Counted from the first letter of the stretch, positions 41,680-54,843 are shown. The stretch: DNA of 64,000 bases from Eledone cirrhosa (GCA_964016885.1 OZ024743.1:314588001-314652000), one strand, 5' to 3'. Notes: generated from the sequence alone by a model not told the origin. Numbers and translations are program-made.

Positions 41680-41796
41680 CAGGTACACATACATATATGT
41701 ACGTATCAGTTTAGCGTGTACATACATACGTACATTTAAGTAAGTTCCGTACTAAGAGTGAGAAATGAAATTTCGTTTTCATTTTATTACAACTTA
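41112..41796 (-). mobile_element. Retrozyme-like ~457-nt unit (about 1.3 copies) plus an inverted segment
   Basis: 41112-41235 is repeated at 41569-41716, and 41716-41796 is the reverse complement of 41508-41590. It contains a hammerhead. Confidence 0.8.
41349..41392 (-). ncRNA. Minimal type I hammerhead ribozyme
   Basis: Minus strand reads ACGGUG CUGAUGA uAGCU-aaca-AGCUu GAAA ACUAG UA CAUCGU. Palindrome ACUAGU, with one extra A in the core. Confidence 0.7.
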
Positions 41797-41855
41797 TATA
41801 TATATATATATATATATAATATAAGATCAAAAGATGGTTAAAGGAGTTCCATGTA

Positions 41856-41921
41856 TTTTATTATGCTCATTTCAAAAACAAACATCATCATGCAATAATA
41901 TTTGTGTTTTCATCAGATAAA
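41856..41921 (-). ncRNA. Type I hammerhead (family A), left arm
   Basis: Reverse complement of 42044-42110. Confidence 0.7.
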
Positions 41922-42043
41922 TAGGAGAACATGATATGAAGGCTAAAAAACACTTGTGGATAGTGCAGTTTTAAATCAACATATGTTGATTTAAAACTGC
42001 ACTATCCACAAGTGTTTTTTAGCCTTCATATCATGTTCTCCTG

Positions 42044-42110
42044 TTTTATCTGATGAAAACACAAATATTATTGCATGATGATGTTTGTTTTTGAAATGAG
42101 CATAATAAAA
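42044..42110 (+). ncRNA. Type I hammerhead (family A), right arm
   Basis: TTTTAT CTGATGA AAACACAAATATTATT-gcat-GATGATGTTTGTTTTT GAAA TGAGCA TA ATAAAA. Confidence 0.75.
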
Positions 42111-42811
42111 TACATGGAACTCCTTTAACCATCTTTTGATCTTATATTATGCATACTCCAGTCTTACAAACTGTAGAGTGCTTCTTATCCGATATCTGCA
42201 TTGCTTTATTGTACTACAATAAAACTCACCTCCTACTTATATATATATATATATATATATAAGACCGTTATTGCTCCAATCAGTCTATTGTCTCTCAGCA
42301 AATATCCTAAACTGAGTCCTAAACTGTACCCGGACTGACCGTACTCACCCTCCAAATTCGTCAAATCATACGCAAACCACCTATTCTCCGAAATTTGTCT
42401 AATACAACAAGGCATTTATAGTCACATAATTGGAAAGACAGACGTTATCAAACTGCAGCTGTCATATTATGTAGTTTCTATGTGATAATACCAAATATAT
42501 TATTATTTGTAACGACAACGACGCCATTACGTAACAGGCCATGCTCTACCCTAGTTCTCACAACATATCATAAAAAACAAATTATTAATCAAGAAAATAC
42601 CCAAGCTATTAAAGAAATAGTTGCAACGAATACAAGATGAAGAACATAAACAATCTAATTCGTACAGCACATCCTAAAATCCATAATAATATTAATCAAG
42701 AAAATACTCAATAAGTCTAATAAGTGAAATGAATGCATGATGAAAAATATAAATATGATAATATGAAAGTATGGTGCCATTTGGCTCACAAAAGGTATAA
42801 ACTACAGTGTC

Positions 42812-42994
42812 GGCAGTATCGGTAAAGGGTCGGACATCATGCTTTGCAGCAAAGAGTTACGGCCCTTTATGGTCTGAGTTCAAATCCCGCCGAGGTTAGC
42901 TTTGCCTTTCATCCTTATGGGGTCGATAAAATAAAGTACCAGTAATGCACTGCGATAATTTCTGTCCTTGTGCTAAAAGTAGAAACAATTATTT
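42812..42994 (+). mobile_element. tRNA-derived SINE
   Basis: Family motifs. Confidence 0.9.
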
Positions 42995-43372
42995 ACATAC
43001 CTATATATCTAACAGAGAATGTCTGTCTATCTCCCCAAAACTCGAGAACCACACAACCGATTGTTTTCAGACTGTTCATATGTAATGCTTATGGACCTGT
43101 GAGTGTTTGGAGCAAAGAATATTTCATATTTCCAATGCCCTAGGGTCCGCATTAGGCGATTTAGCGATCTCTCTCTATAATTTTTAGACTTTCTTTTTAG
43201 ATAGATACATAGATATAACGTTGCGCCCTTATAATATCCGTCTCTATGTCTGGCTGGCTGCATTACGACATTATGACGCTATATATGTGTGTGTGCGTGT
43301 ATATGTATATATATAGAGTGTATATATTTATATATAGTGTGTGACGTTTTTCGAAATAATTACTTCTGCATT

Positions 43373-43450
43373 AACAGATTGATTTTTTTAGTTTCAGAAG
43401 ATCCCGTTAAGGGTGAAAGCAGCGATTCTTTGCTTAAACTTTAATCTGTT
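43373..43450 (+). ncRNA. Hammerhead motif with a U4A core substitution (probably inactive)
   Basis: AACAGATTG...AGTTT CAGAAGA tCCC-gttaa-GGGt GAA AGCAG-cgattct-TTGCT T AAACT..TAATCTGTT. Confidence 0.6.
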
Positions 43451-43484
43451 GTTTTAATATATATATATACATATAATTATATAT

Positions 43485-44710
43485 TCGTGTTCTTTTCCTT
43501 TGCGGCCTTCAGGAGCTTCTCCATCCGGTATGCCTCGAAGTCTCTCTTCAGTTGTTGACATATCACTCTGCTGAGAAGGGAATACTCGAGGTGATCTTCA
43601 GGTGTACTCTTCATATTTTTCCTCTTCTCAAGCAACTTCATAGTTTGCTCCGTGTCTCTTCCCTTCCGATCCCTCGGGCACACACCCTTCGCCTTCCTCA
43701 AGTACTCCTTCAGTTTCCTTATCAGTGAGTCGTAGTCAGCGTCTATGCCGTCTCCTTGTCGCCAGTTTTTCCTGCAAGATGGCTTCCTGAAGCTGCACCT
43801 CGTTGAAGACCCGGACGCGTTCTCCCTTCGACACCAAATGCAGAGCCTTCTTCTCCCTCGTCCGTTCAATGACGACCTTCGCCTTCACCAGACGATAATC
43901 ACTGGAAGTGTTGAATGGCGTTATGACGGAGACGTCCTGGAGTATGCGTCGCTTGTAGTCCAAGATGTAGTCGATCTCGTTTCGGTGCTCAGAATTTGGC
44001 GATGCCCAGGTCCATCTCTTCTCATCCTTCTTCTTCCTGAATAGGCTGTTTTCGATGTAGAGCCGTCTCGCCTCCGCCATGGAGACCAGACATTCTCCTC
44101 TCATCTTCCGACATACACTTCCCCTTGCTGTCCTTGTCCGACCTTTGTGGGTGCGTAGGTCTGGAGGATCTTGAGGGTGGCCTTCCCTGAGAGGTTCACG
44201 TTCAGTACACCAATCCGTGACGATATGAACTGGCAAGGAGCGACCTTCGAAGCCCATTCCTTGCTTACGAAAAACCCTATACCTCCGAGTGATCTGGGAT
44301 CCTCTTCTTTCCCGAGTCTCAAGGCGCATACATCTTGCCATCGCGAACTCGGCTCCTTCTTCTGGAGGGTCTCGCACAGCTCTAACACGTCGCACCTGAT
44401 CTTCTTCTCCTCCATTAGGTGCTTTAGTCCTTGCCCCCCTGCCAAAGACCTGCAGTTGTAGGTGCATATGGCAAGGTTAGTCCTGTTGCTTGGCGCCCTT
44501 CGGGAACCTGTGATTCGTCGCTCGTGTTGCACTCCGCCGTCGTGGAGTGGCCTGATTGACACGCAAGGTTCTGAGGCCCTTTTCTTCGTACTGTTTTAAC
44601 CATAAGATGACGCCATCTCACTAGCTGGGCGGGCAGGCCGGTACCTCTTCAGTTTAGCTAGCTTTTGAACTCTGGAAGATGATGAATCATCTCTAGGACC
44701 AACAGTCTGA
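43485..44710 (-). mobile_element. RTE LINE, inverted 5' segment (5' UTR and APE endonuclease)
   Basis: LAICTYNCRSL, DVLELCET, GGIGF, ILQTYAPT, RWTWASPN..RNEIDYIL and SDYRLV. Confidence 0.9.
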
Positions 44711-46215
44711 AACTTGTACAGATCGGAGGTAACGACACTGAAGAACACAGCTGGGGTACCGGTCGGCGACAAGAGTGAGGTGGAAAAGGTTTGCGAAGAC
44801 TTCTACACGAAGCTCTTCAAGTCTGCCGGGAATGTGCAGCCGTTGCCGTCACTCTAACAGGAAGAAAATGTGCCACCCATCCTTGTCGGTGAGGTCGAAA
44901 GAGCCGTACGCTTGATTAAAAGCGGAAAGGCGCCATGGAACGACGGCATAATATCGGAGGTGCTGAAGTTAGGCGGAGAACACCTCTGTAAAATCCTCGC
45001 CGAGCGATTCATACACTATGTGGACGATGGAAGAATACCCTCGCGGTGGAAAGAGTCGAATAACATCCTGCTATACAAGAAGGGCGATAGAGAAGATCTG
45101 AAAATCTACCGACCTATATACCTGCTGTCTCACGTTTACAAGCTGTTCATGAAGATAATCCTCAATCAGATTATCACGTCATCTGGACGAACAGCAACCG
45201 AGACAACAAGCCGGCTTCCGGAAAAACTATAGCACGATGGACCACATATTTACTCTGACACAACTGCTTAAGCGAGCGAAAGAGTACAAGATGCCTCTCC
45301 GCGTCGCGTTCGTAGACTAAGAGAAGGCTTCGACAGCGTCGAAATCAACGCAGTGCTGAACTCGCTGCAGAGACCAGGAGTCGATGCGCCATACGTTCAA
45401 CTGCTCAGGGAGGCGAGTTCCGCATGCACCACCGACATAGCTCTTCTGTCATCCCCCGTACGAGTGCCGGTCGAGAAGGGAGTGAAGCAAGGTGATACGA
45501 TCTCTCCAAAAGTTTTCAACGCGTTTCTCGAGCAGATCATCAGAGGCATTGACTGGCAAGGCGGTGTCAACACCAACGGCGAGATACTTACCCACATCCG
45601 TTTCTCTGATGACATCGTACTCATCGCTGAAACCACGGATCAGCTTCAGACCATGCTGACGTAGCTCGACATCGAAAGCTCTGCAGTAGGCCTCAAGATG
45701 AACCGCATGAAAACAAAGTTCATGCGGTCCGACAACGTACCAACAGGTCGAATGGTGGTTGGCGGTGATGAAATAGAGGAGGTCGAGGAATACCTCTACC
45801 TAGGACAAGAAGTGAACATGCGCCGAGACATTGAAAGGGAGATCTCGCGCAGAGTAAGAGCCAGATGGAAGGCGTTCAACGGCATACGGGATGTGCTCAA
45901 GGGGAGGTTGGACAAGACCACCCGCGCAAACCACTTAAATAGCACAGTTTTACCTGCAATGTTATATGGCATTGAAACTTGAGCTACAACGAAGAGAGAA
46001 GAGCAAATGCTGGTAAATGTTCAAAGAGCCATGGAGAGTTCAATGCTAGGAATATCTTTGAGAGAGCACATCAGGAGCGAAGTCATCAGACAGAAATCCG
46101 GCCCGGGGTACGTCATCACGGAATATATGCGCAGCAAGTTCAGATGGGCTGGACATGTCGCTCGGTTCACCGATAATCGGTGGACCCGCGCAGTTGCTGT
46201 GTGGTACCCTCTACT
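44711..46215 (+). mobile_element. RTE LINE, sense 3' segment (RT and C-terminus), ending at a PLE
   Basis: KAPWNDGI, YRPIYLLSHVYKLF, QAGFR, KGVKQGDTISP, IRFSDDIVL and KFRWAGHVAR. Confidence 0.9.
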
Positions 46216-46219
46216 CTAA

Positions 46220-46945
46220 AGTACTAAACAAATTTGGAACACAATTTCACCTGCGCATCAGAAATCTAATATATGTATTAACTTGCTCAGGTTGTCGAGA
46301 ACAATACATAGGCCAGACCAAAAACAGCCTCCGCCAACGCATGACTGTCCATAGATCCCAAGATACCTGTGCCGCCCAAAATCAATCTTTCCCCTCTACA
46401 AATTTAAAGATAATGCCACCCACACCCAGCGCATCAGCAAGGAATCTCACTTTATTAACAAATACGGACCCCGTCTAAACACTTCTCCCTAAGACGAACC
46501 CACAACATACACACGTCAACATACATACCCACATCAGCATACATCTCTATCCACATATAAACACAATGACATACGTAAACACAAATGTTCTATGGTGCAA
46601 CACAAATATACACAAATTTGCATACCTTTTGATGTCTATAGATATAAACGGCCGACACACACACATACATATCCGCACACATGCATTGCACACTGATGGG
46701 CACATACATATTTGTACACAAGTATTGCAATACGGCAAAGCCTAATGGATTCCCCTTGCAGTACGTACAATCTGGACACTCACACACACCTTGGTATTAT
46801 GCCAATACTATATATCATTTCACAGCTTTTATTATTAAGGTTTTTGATGTTCTATTGAGAGAATATTTTTTGCTGAAAATATCGAATAATGTACACCATT
46901 TTTACCAGTATCACAAAAATACTAGTCCACCCACACACATTCTCG

Positions 46946-46977
<32 letters not shown>

Positions 46978-47025
46978 CACACATATACACACACACATAC
47001 ACACGCGTACATTAACATACAAAGA

Positions 47026-47100
<75 letters not shown>

Positions 47101-47713
47101 ATCCGTATAAGACAAGAGCTGAAAAATATCTTTTAACATGTTAAAATATCCCGCACACACGTACAGACACATTCCTACTGACCATCCCTCTACCACGAAT
47201 TACTCTGCTACACACACACACACACACACTTGTCTTAATAGTTACTTGAACTGTCAGCAGGCTGCGGTTCGCACACACATCCCTGCTGACCATTATCACA
47301 ACAACGAACCTCTTTACTACTACTACACACACATATTTGTCTTGAGAGACTTATTTTCCAATGACTTCTCAATCAGCCGAGACAAACCTACATTTGGCAC
47401 AAAATCAATTTTTAACATTCACATGACCTCTATCGACCAATCAAAATTGTTTTGACCACAAGAATTTTTTTATACAACTGGAGCCACCTTTTTTTACATA
47501 AAACAGGTAGAATTTCCCAAACTAATCAGATTAGAGCAAACATCACGGGCGCTCTATCTCACAATTCTTGTTGAAAAGCATTAGAAATGCGCAACCGGTA
47601 AAACTTAAAATCAAAACTGAATACTAACCAATACTATTACTAATTTTTACTTATTCCTAATTAAACTATTTTTCACTGGGAACAATTTGTCGGCATTTTC
47701 TTTTCCTTTTACC
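46220..47713 (+). mobile_element. 5'-truncated PLE family B2 (GIY-YIG fragment and 3' UTR)
   Basis: NLIYVLTCSGCREQYIGQTKNSLRQRMTVHRSQ; co-linear with 5836-7135 (-). Confidence 0.9.
47566..47604 (+). ncRNA. Degenerate hammerhead-like motif (U3-A8, GAAA>GCAA); sister copies at 5947-5983 (-) and 32594-32630 (-)
   Basis: TTGAAAA GCATT-aga-AATGC GCAA CCGG TA; stem I is poor. Confidence 0.4.
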
Positions 47714-47751
47714 AATATATATATATATACATTATATATATATATACATAA

Positions 47752-50700
47752 CTACTGGTAACATGTAACCCAGTGCTACCTGTCTCTTGGTCGGGTCGTC
47801 GGCGAATAAACCGGCAACCCCACCAAGCCTGCTTGGTGAGGAGGGTGATATTTGGACACCCTGCGGGATGGAATAGAAGACCCGGCAAAAGGCAGAGGAA
47901 TTCAGCAGAGTCAACGGCCATCCAAATAGTACTTTTTTTTACCTGTGAGTGAAGGACCCCCAGTTGTTGTCACAACACCTTTCCAGGAGAGGGAAACTCT
48001 GAAAAAAAAACCTGCGGCTTCGGAAGCATCCGATGATGCTGACCACATCTCCTTTTCGGGTAGTGTTTTCGATGCTCAGAGAGTGGGATTGGTCGCGTGC
48101 AAGGCCTTTCCCCACTTAAATAATCTTCAAAGCACAGCCATCGATTGTTCAGGATCTGTTACAGGTGCGTGTGGCTCACAGTAGCCTAAAAGTGCACCAA
48201 ACTCTATGATGACAGATGAGCATAACCTTAAGGTCAATGGTAGTAAGGGCTCTGGAACTTATTTTGAAGGGGTCTGGCCTGGCAGGTGTCCCTTGTCACC
48301 GCAGCGCGGGCCCGGTCGTCATCCTTCAACTGCAAAGAGGTTCAAATCTCTGAATATTGGATGCTGGAATGTAACTACTTTACTTGATTCCCAGACAAGT
48401 GACACTCGCCCTGAAATAATATCTGCTTTGGTGTCGAGGGAAGTCGATCGCTATAGCATGGACATCGTTGCTCTTTCAGAAGCGAGATTGGCAGGTGAGA
48501 GTCTATTCACAGAGCAGAAGGGAGGATATACCTTCTATTGGAGTGGTAGAGCAGAGGCTTGTAAGAGAAAAGCAGGGGTCTCATTTGCTGTCAGGAATGG
48601 AATCGTCTCAAATCTGGAAAATCTTCCTTGTGGATTCAATGATCGGATAATGTCAATGAAAATCCCGCTGATTCAAAACCGCTTTGTGACTCTGGTCAGT
48701 GAGTACGCTCCTACTATGTGTGCTAGTGATGAGGAAAATCTAAGTTTTTACATGTCTTTGAGAGAGGTCATCCATGGTATACCTTATGCAGACAAGATTG
48801 TCATCTTTGCTGATTTTAATGCACGTGTTGGTAATGACTAGGAAGCTTGGAGTGTGATGGGCAAGCTTGGAGTAAGTAAGTTCAATAACAAAGGCCTACT
48901 TCTGTTGCAGATGTGCACTGAGATGGATCTTGTTGTTGGGAACAGAAATACAAATATAAGACAACTTGGATGTATCCAGGTTCCAAGAAGTAGCACCTTA
49001 TTGACTTTGTTTTAACGAGGAAACGTGATATCAAGGATATCACATTGGTTCGTGTATTGCGAGGTGCGGAATGTTGGACTGATCATCGTCTGGTGCGCGC
49101 CAAATTTCAATTTGTTGTGAAGCCCAAAGTAAGGGGGAAGAAGGTTGCACTTCCAAAACAACTAAACTAGAGGTGAGTTGTCGAGGTCCCTTGAGTCCAT
49201 GGAAAGTGAAAACACCTGGGTATCTTGAAGAAAACCATCTATGATGTTAGTGCTGGAGATTTGGGTCATAACAATAGAAAGAATAAAGACTGGTTCGATG
49301 AAAATGATGCAGTTACTCAAACATTGCTTGAAGACAAACAAAAAGTGCTGACAATTTGTGTGTGAGACGCGTTCTGACAGGAGTGACCGGACCCTAAGGC
49401 AGATCAAGGCACGTGTGCAACATCGATTGAGAGCCATGTAGGATACTTGGTGCAACCAAAAGGCTGATGAAATCCAGAAGGCCTCAGACAGACATGATAC
49501 AAAGCTCCTATATAGCCTTCTCGGGGAGGTGTATGGTCCGACCGGGTCACAGATATCACCACTTCGCTCCAGGGATGGCAAGGAATTGCTCAGAGATCCG
49601 AAGGAAATTCTGATCAGGTGGCATGACCACTTTGATGAGCTTCTCAACAGACCATCAGAAATTGATGATGAGTTCATCCGGTCGATTCTATCCAGACCTA
49701 CAAAGCTGGAAATGGCTGATCCACCTTTATTTGATGAGGTAGCGAAGGTCAATGCCAAATTGAACAGCGGCAAGTAACCTGGAATGGATGGACTGAGTGC
49801 CGAGATTTTCAAGTGTGCTGGTGATAACTTCTTAAACCGCCTCACTGATCTCTTTGTGAATGTTTGGAATGAAGAAGATGTGCCACAGGACTGGAAAGAT
49901 GCATTGATGGTGGTACTTTACAAAGGAAAGGGAGCCAAATATGACTGTGGCAACTACAGAGGTATCTCGCTGCTTTCTCTGGCTGGGAAGATCTTGTGCA
50001 GGATTTTGTTGGACAGATTGATACAACACATTGCTGTTGAGGTACTTCCTGAGTCCCAATGTGGCTTTAGGAATGCCAGAGGCACTGTTGACATGATATT
50101 CTCGGCCAAACAACTTCAAGAGAAATGCATTGAGCAGCGCATGGACTTATACCAAGTTTTTGTCGATCTAACCAAGGCATTTGACACCGTTAATCGGAAA
50201 GCTTTGTGGGTTATTTTGGAGTGATTGGGCTGTCCTGAAGAAGTTGTAAACATTCTGATACTTTTCCACGATGACATAAAGGCATGGGTGAATGCTGGAG
50301 GTAAACTGTCTGAGCCAATCTCGGTTGAAAATGGTGTCAAGCAGGGTGATATACCTCCACCAACTTTGTTTGCCTTGTATTTCGCAATGGTGTTCTTCAT
50401 GGCCTTCGGGGATTGTCAACACGGTATCTATCTCAGATATCGCACTTCCGGCAAGCTGTTTAACCTTAGGCGGCTCACTGCCAACAATAAGGTACTGAGT
50501 ACCTTGAACAGAGAATTTTTATATGCAGATGATTGTGATCTCAATGCACACTCCCAGAGTGACATGCAACACCTTATGGATTAATTTTCCAATGCGTCCA
50601 ATTCTTTGGGACTGACAATCTGTCTGAAGAAGACTGTCATCATGAACCAACCTGCTCCAGATACAGTTATCAATGAACCCTCCATATACGTATACGGTCA

Positions 50701-51650
50701 AAAGCTGAAGGCTGCTGACACATTTGTGTATTTGGGGAGTACTCTGAGTGTTACCTCCTCTCTGGATGCATAAGTTGGTCTACGTGTTAGTAAGGCAAGT
50801 GAGTCATTTGGAGGGTCAACGGCCGTCTTTGGTGCAGGCGAGGAATCACAATGAGGACCGAGGTGAGAGTGTATGCTGCATGTGTACTGTCAGATTTGCT
50901 GTATGCATGTGAGACATGGGTTGCCTACAAACGGCATATCCACAGACTGGAACGGTTTCACCTCAGTGTCTCAGAAAGATGCTCGGTATCAAGTGGCAGA
51001 TGCATGTGAATGGTGTTGAGTTCCTTGAGAGATGTGAGTGTCGGAGCATTGAGAGTATCATCCACCAACAGCGTTTGCGATGGATCGGACACCTGTGCAG
51101 AATGGAGGATGATCGAATCCCAAAACAACTCTTCTATAGCCGGCTTTGTGAGGGTAAGACACCACCTCACAAGCTAAGGCTCCAATTCAAAGATTGTGTA
51201 AAGGACACATTGAAAAAAACTGGTTTGATGATGATTGACTGGGAGACAGAAGCTCTTGAAAGAGAAATTTGACGTGGAATGGTGAATGATGGGGTCCATA
51301 ATTTTGAAGACAGACACATAGAGTACGAGAAGATCAAACGGGATGTGCCTAAGCAATGCCCTGGTGTATCTCTCGAAACGATCGGTGTCGCCAAAAGTTT
51401 GCTTGAGCAAATCTGGTCTCAGGAGCCAGAGTCGCAGCCATGTTCAAAGAGAACCAGTGAACTATTATCTTCACGGTGTTGTGAGGGATCACGGACAACC
51501 ATACAGGACCTCAAGCCAGGGAGATCCATAGTTGTCGTCAGTGTGTCAATGAGTGCAAGCCTCTAGCAGGCTTGAAAAGCCATATCCGAGCGTCACACAT
51601 CTGAATCTAACCAGCGAATGCAATACTCTTGGCAGAGTTTGCAGCCATCA
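47752..51650 (+). mobile_element. Near full-length decayed RTE/BovB-like LINE
   Basis: APE motifs LNIGCWNV, DIVALSEARL, GYTFYWSG, YAPT, DFNARVG and TDHRLV. RT motifs NYRGISLLS, PESQCGFR, FVDLTKAFDTV, GVKQG and YADD. Then RWIGHLCRM and C-terminal C2H2-like motifs (CRQCVNECKPLAGLKSHIRASH). Multiple stops. Confidence 0.93.
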
Positions 51651-51661
51651 TATACATATCT

Positions 51662-51715
<54 letters not shown>

Positions 51716-52112
51716 CATTATATTTTATATGAAATACTGATTGATCTTCCTTGTATCCCATGTCTGATTTAGCCTTAGAGAATAGTTATGTGTATAAGGG
51801 TGATCCATACATGTATTTATTATGTTTTAATATCTCTGTGTGTGCATTGGTTGTGTATACATATGGTTATTCTTTTAATATCCAATTGAGTTCTTATACA
51901 CGTGGGTAATAACTCACAGGTTTAAATGACCAGCGTGTATATTGTTTTATTTTAAGATGACCTCCCTTTGCCCTTTTGGGGACAGCAGCGTGTATTTTAT
52001 CTTTGGGAGGACTGCTGGATTTTCTAATCTACCAGTCCCTTCTTAGCGCTGAGGGAGACCATCACCATTCTATTAATGTCGATATAATTCTTACATCGAC
52101 TTTATTTGGGCA

Positions 52113-52236
52113 TCCACTGATGAGTTTATAACAGCCCGCTTGTGTATAAAACTATGGTTTATATACAAGTTTCTACATAACCTGGAAATTATTTATCCCA
52201 AATTGTAGAAATCTGATAACGAAACGGCCGTCTGGA
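52113..52236 (+). ncRNA. Type I hammerhead with branched stem II, inside a ~700-bp TA-flanked element (51706-52410)
   Basis: TCCA CTGATGA GTT..CAG [CTTGTGTATAAA/TTTATATACAAG][TTTCTACA/TGTAGAAA] CTGATAAC GAAA CGGCCG TC TGGA. Palindrome ACGGCCGT and a GUC site. Confidence 0.8.
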
Positions 52237-52414
52237 AGGAAAGAGATATTTATTTAATAATGTCTCATATAAAATAGTACAACCAGCTATCCACGAAATA
52301 CTGATTAGTTAGCACCCCAAACACTAAATTGGGAAAATACTTAGGTTTATCCTAATGTTTGTTGAGTGAGATGGAGTTGGTCGGAGTATCGCTTAAGGCT
52401 TTCTCTGTTTATGT

Positions 52415-52453
<39 letters not shown>

Positions 52454-52821
52454 ATATATATAAACTGAGGGAAACATGTTAGTAAATATATCTAATGTAT
52501 CTAAACAGATATTATAGTGCAATAAATTATAGTGCAAATTGATACTTCTAAACAACCACACATTAATATTTAAACATGTATGTATGAATGAATCCGTATA
52601 TATATATGTGTGTGTGTAGAGAGAGAGAGGGAAATGCATACATAGATAGATAGATATGAGGGAGACATAATGAAAGCCAAGGTTTGGTAAAGGGAATTAT
52701 ATAAATCGATATGTATGTAGGGTAGTAAAAAGGGGGAAAACTAGATCGATACATATATTAATAGATATGCAGAAAGTGGAATATATAAATTAATCCGCCT
52801 ACATCTATCCGCCCTTCTCTT

Positions 52822-52858
<37 letters not shown>

Positions 52859-53039
52859 TCTCAGAAGCATGGAGAAGTATATATAAGTCATTAGTAACAT
52901 CCAGTTTGTGCATCGCGTAATCTCTCTACCGAAAAATCTTATACACCACCGTCTATCTAATTGTTGGCCATGTGCCAACGATAGAAAGATATATTATTAA
53001 AAAAAGAAAAACTTAGGATTAACGGATTTAAATAAGTTA

Positions 53040-53520
53040 GAACCACATAATAACACTTTTCATTATTTGCTCCTCCCGTATGGATAAAAGGCAAAGCTAA
53101 CCATTGCGGTATTTGAACTCAGAACGAAAAAAAGTAGAAAAAAGTAAAAACCCTCTACGTTCTGATTTCAAATCCCATCTAGGTTAGTTTTGCTTTCATC
53201 TTTACGGGGTCGATAAATATAGCACCAGTAATGCATTGGGTCGATTTAATCGACGTTCCCCTCCCTTGCAAATTGTTGGCCTTGTGCGGAATCAGAAATC
53301 ACTATTTGCCCTTTTACTTTTTCTTAGCTCTGTCTATCTGCTTGGAAATATATACAATTGAAATAATAAAAAAAAAGACATAGACACAAGACCAGTAATC
53401 TGCGGAGAAATATGATTACATCGACCCCAGTACTTGAATTTATTGACCCCAGATGGATGAAAGTAAACTTTGACTTCGACAATATTTGAACTCAGTATGT
53501 CAATGGCAGGAAGAAATATC
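53040..53520. mobile_element. Three degenerate SINE pieces (-, +, -)
   Basis: TTTGAACTCAG and GGGTCGAT family motifs. Confidence 0.7.
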
Positions 53521-53634
53521 GAATAATCAATTCGCGCGACGCGCCCTGTAAATAATAATCGATAACGATTTTATCAGAGATCGAACGCTGTTTGATTTAA
53601 CTGATGGGACTTCAATAAATAGAATTTAAAATGA

Positions 53635-54260
53635 GAGTAGTAGTTGTGGTAGTGGTGGTAGTAGTAGTAGTAGTATTATTATTATTGGGGGTGGTGCTGG
53701 TGTTTTTATGTTGTGTTTGTTGCAATTGTACGCAAGTTGTTGCCTAATATGTTGTAGTGAATGTTCCTAGTAGCAGTATGCTATAGGTGTTAGTGTTGTA
53801 TAAGTAGTAGTAATAGTTGTATGGGTTGTATTAGTAGTAGTAGTTGTATTACTAGTAGTTGTTGTTGTTTTTGTTGGATTAGTAGTAGTTAGTGTTGTAT
53901 CGATGGTAGTTGTTAGTTGTGTATTTGTAGCTCTTAGTGTGGTATTAGTAGTTGTTGTTGTTTTGTTGTATTAGTAGTAGTTATTGTTGTTGTATCAATA
54001 GTAGTTGTTGTTAGTTTTGTATCTGTAGTTCTTAGTGTTCTATTAGTAATTGTTGTGGTTCTTAGTGTTGTAATAGCAGTTGTGGCTGTAGTCATTATTG
54101 TTGTACTAGTAGTGTGTTATAGTTGTCAGTATTGTGTTAGACGTAGTTGTAGTTGTATTAGTTATTGTTCTTTTAGTTGTTAGTGTTGTATTACTAGAAG
54201 TTGCTGTAGTAATAGTTCTAGTTGTAGTGTTTGCTGATGCTGGTGTCGTAGTTGTTCACT
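53635..54260. repeat. Degenerate (GTA/GTT)n trinucleotide tract
   Basis: Directly visible. Confidence 0.9.
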
Positions 54261-54302
54261 TCAGATATCAGTAGCATTATTAGTCTACAATTATTAGTCT
54301 AT

Positions 54303-54485
54303 TTGGCAGTATCGGTAGAGGGTCGCATGCCATGCTTTCCAGCATAGTTACGTCCCTTAACGATCTGAGTTCAAATCCCGCCAAGGTTAACTTTGCCTTT
54401 CATCCTTACGGGGTCGATAAAATAAAGTACCAGTAATGCACTGGGTATTTGCTGGCCTTGTGCCAAAAGTAGAAACAATTATTTA
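54303..54485 (+). mobile_element. tRNA-derived SINE
   Basis: Family motifs. Confidence 0.9.
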
Positions 54486-54787
54486 TGTATTAACAGATAT
54501 TTTTGATGTTAGTGTACGAGTTGATATTGTATTAGTTGTTGATCTCAGCGCCGTGTTTGTTATTGTTAGTTGTAGTAGTAGTAGTAGTTGTTGTTGTTGT
54601 TGTTAGTAGTAGGATATGTGAGAGCAGTCGTATCCCGCTGTACTAAGGAGGAACAACAACAATAACAACAAGAGTAGTGGTGGCAGTAGGAGTTGCAGTA
54701 GGAACTGTCGATCGTTGCTGCACAAGCAGCAACTATAGTGCAGCACCTACCAGAATATACACATACACACAAACACATATATATGTG

Positions 54788-54843
<56 letters not shown>

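Larger units (their letters stand above)
41816..42234. mobile_element. Family A pseudo-LTR forming a spacer-less 335-bp palindrome (41816-42150) plus a 3' tail
   Basis: Arms are 167 and 168 bp with the centre at 41982/41983. I see about two differences between the arms. Confidence 0.9.

Noticed and set aside
44600-44660. CTGAAGA on the minus strand in the RTE 5' UTR
   Set aside because: No downstream GAAA or stem III arrangement.
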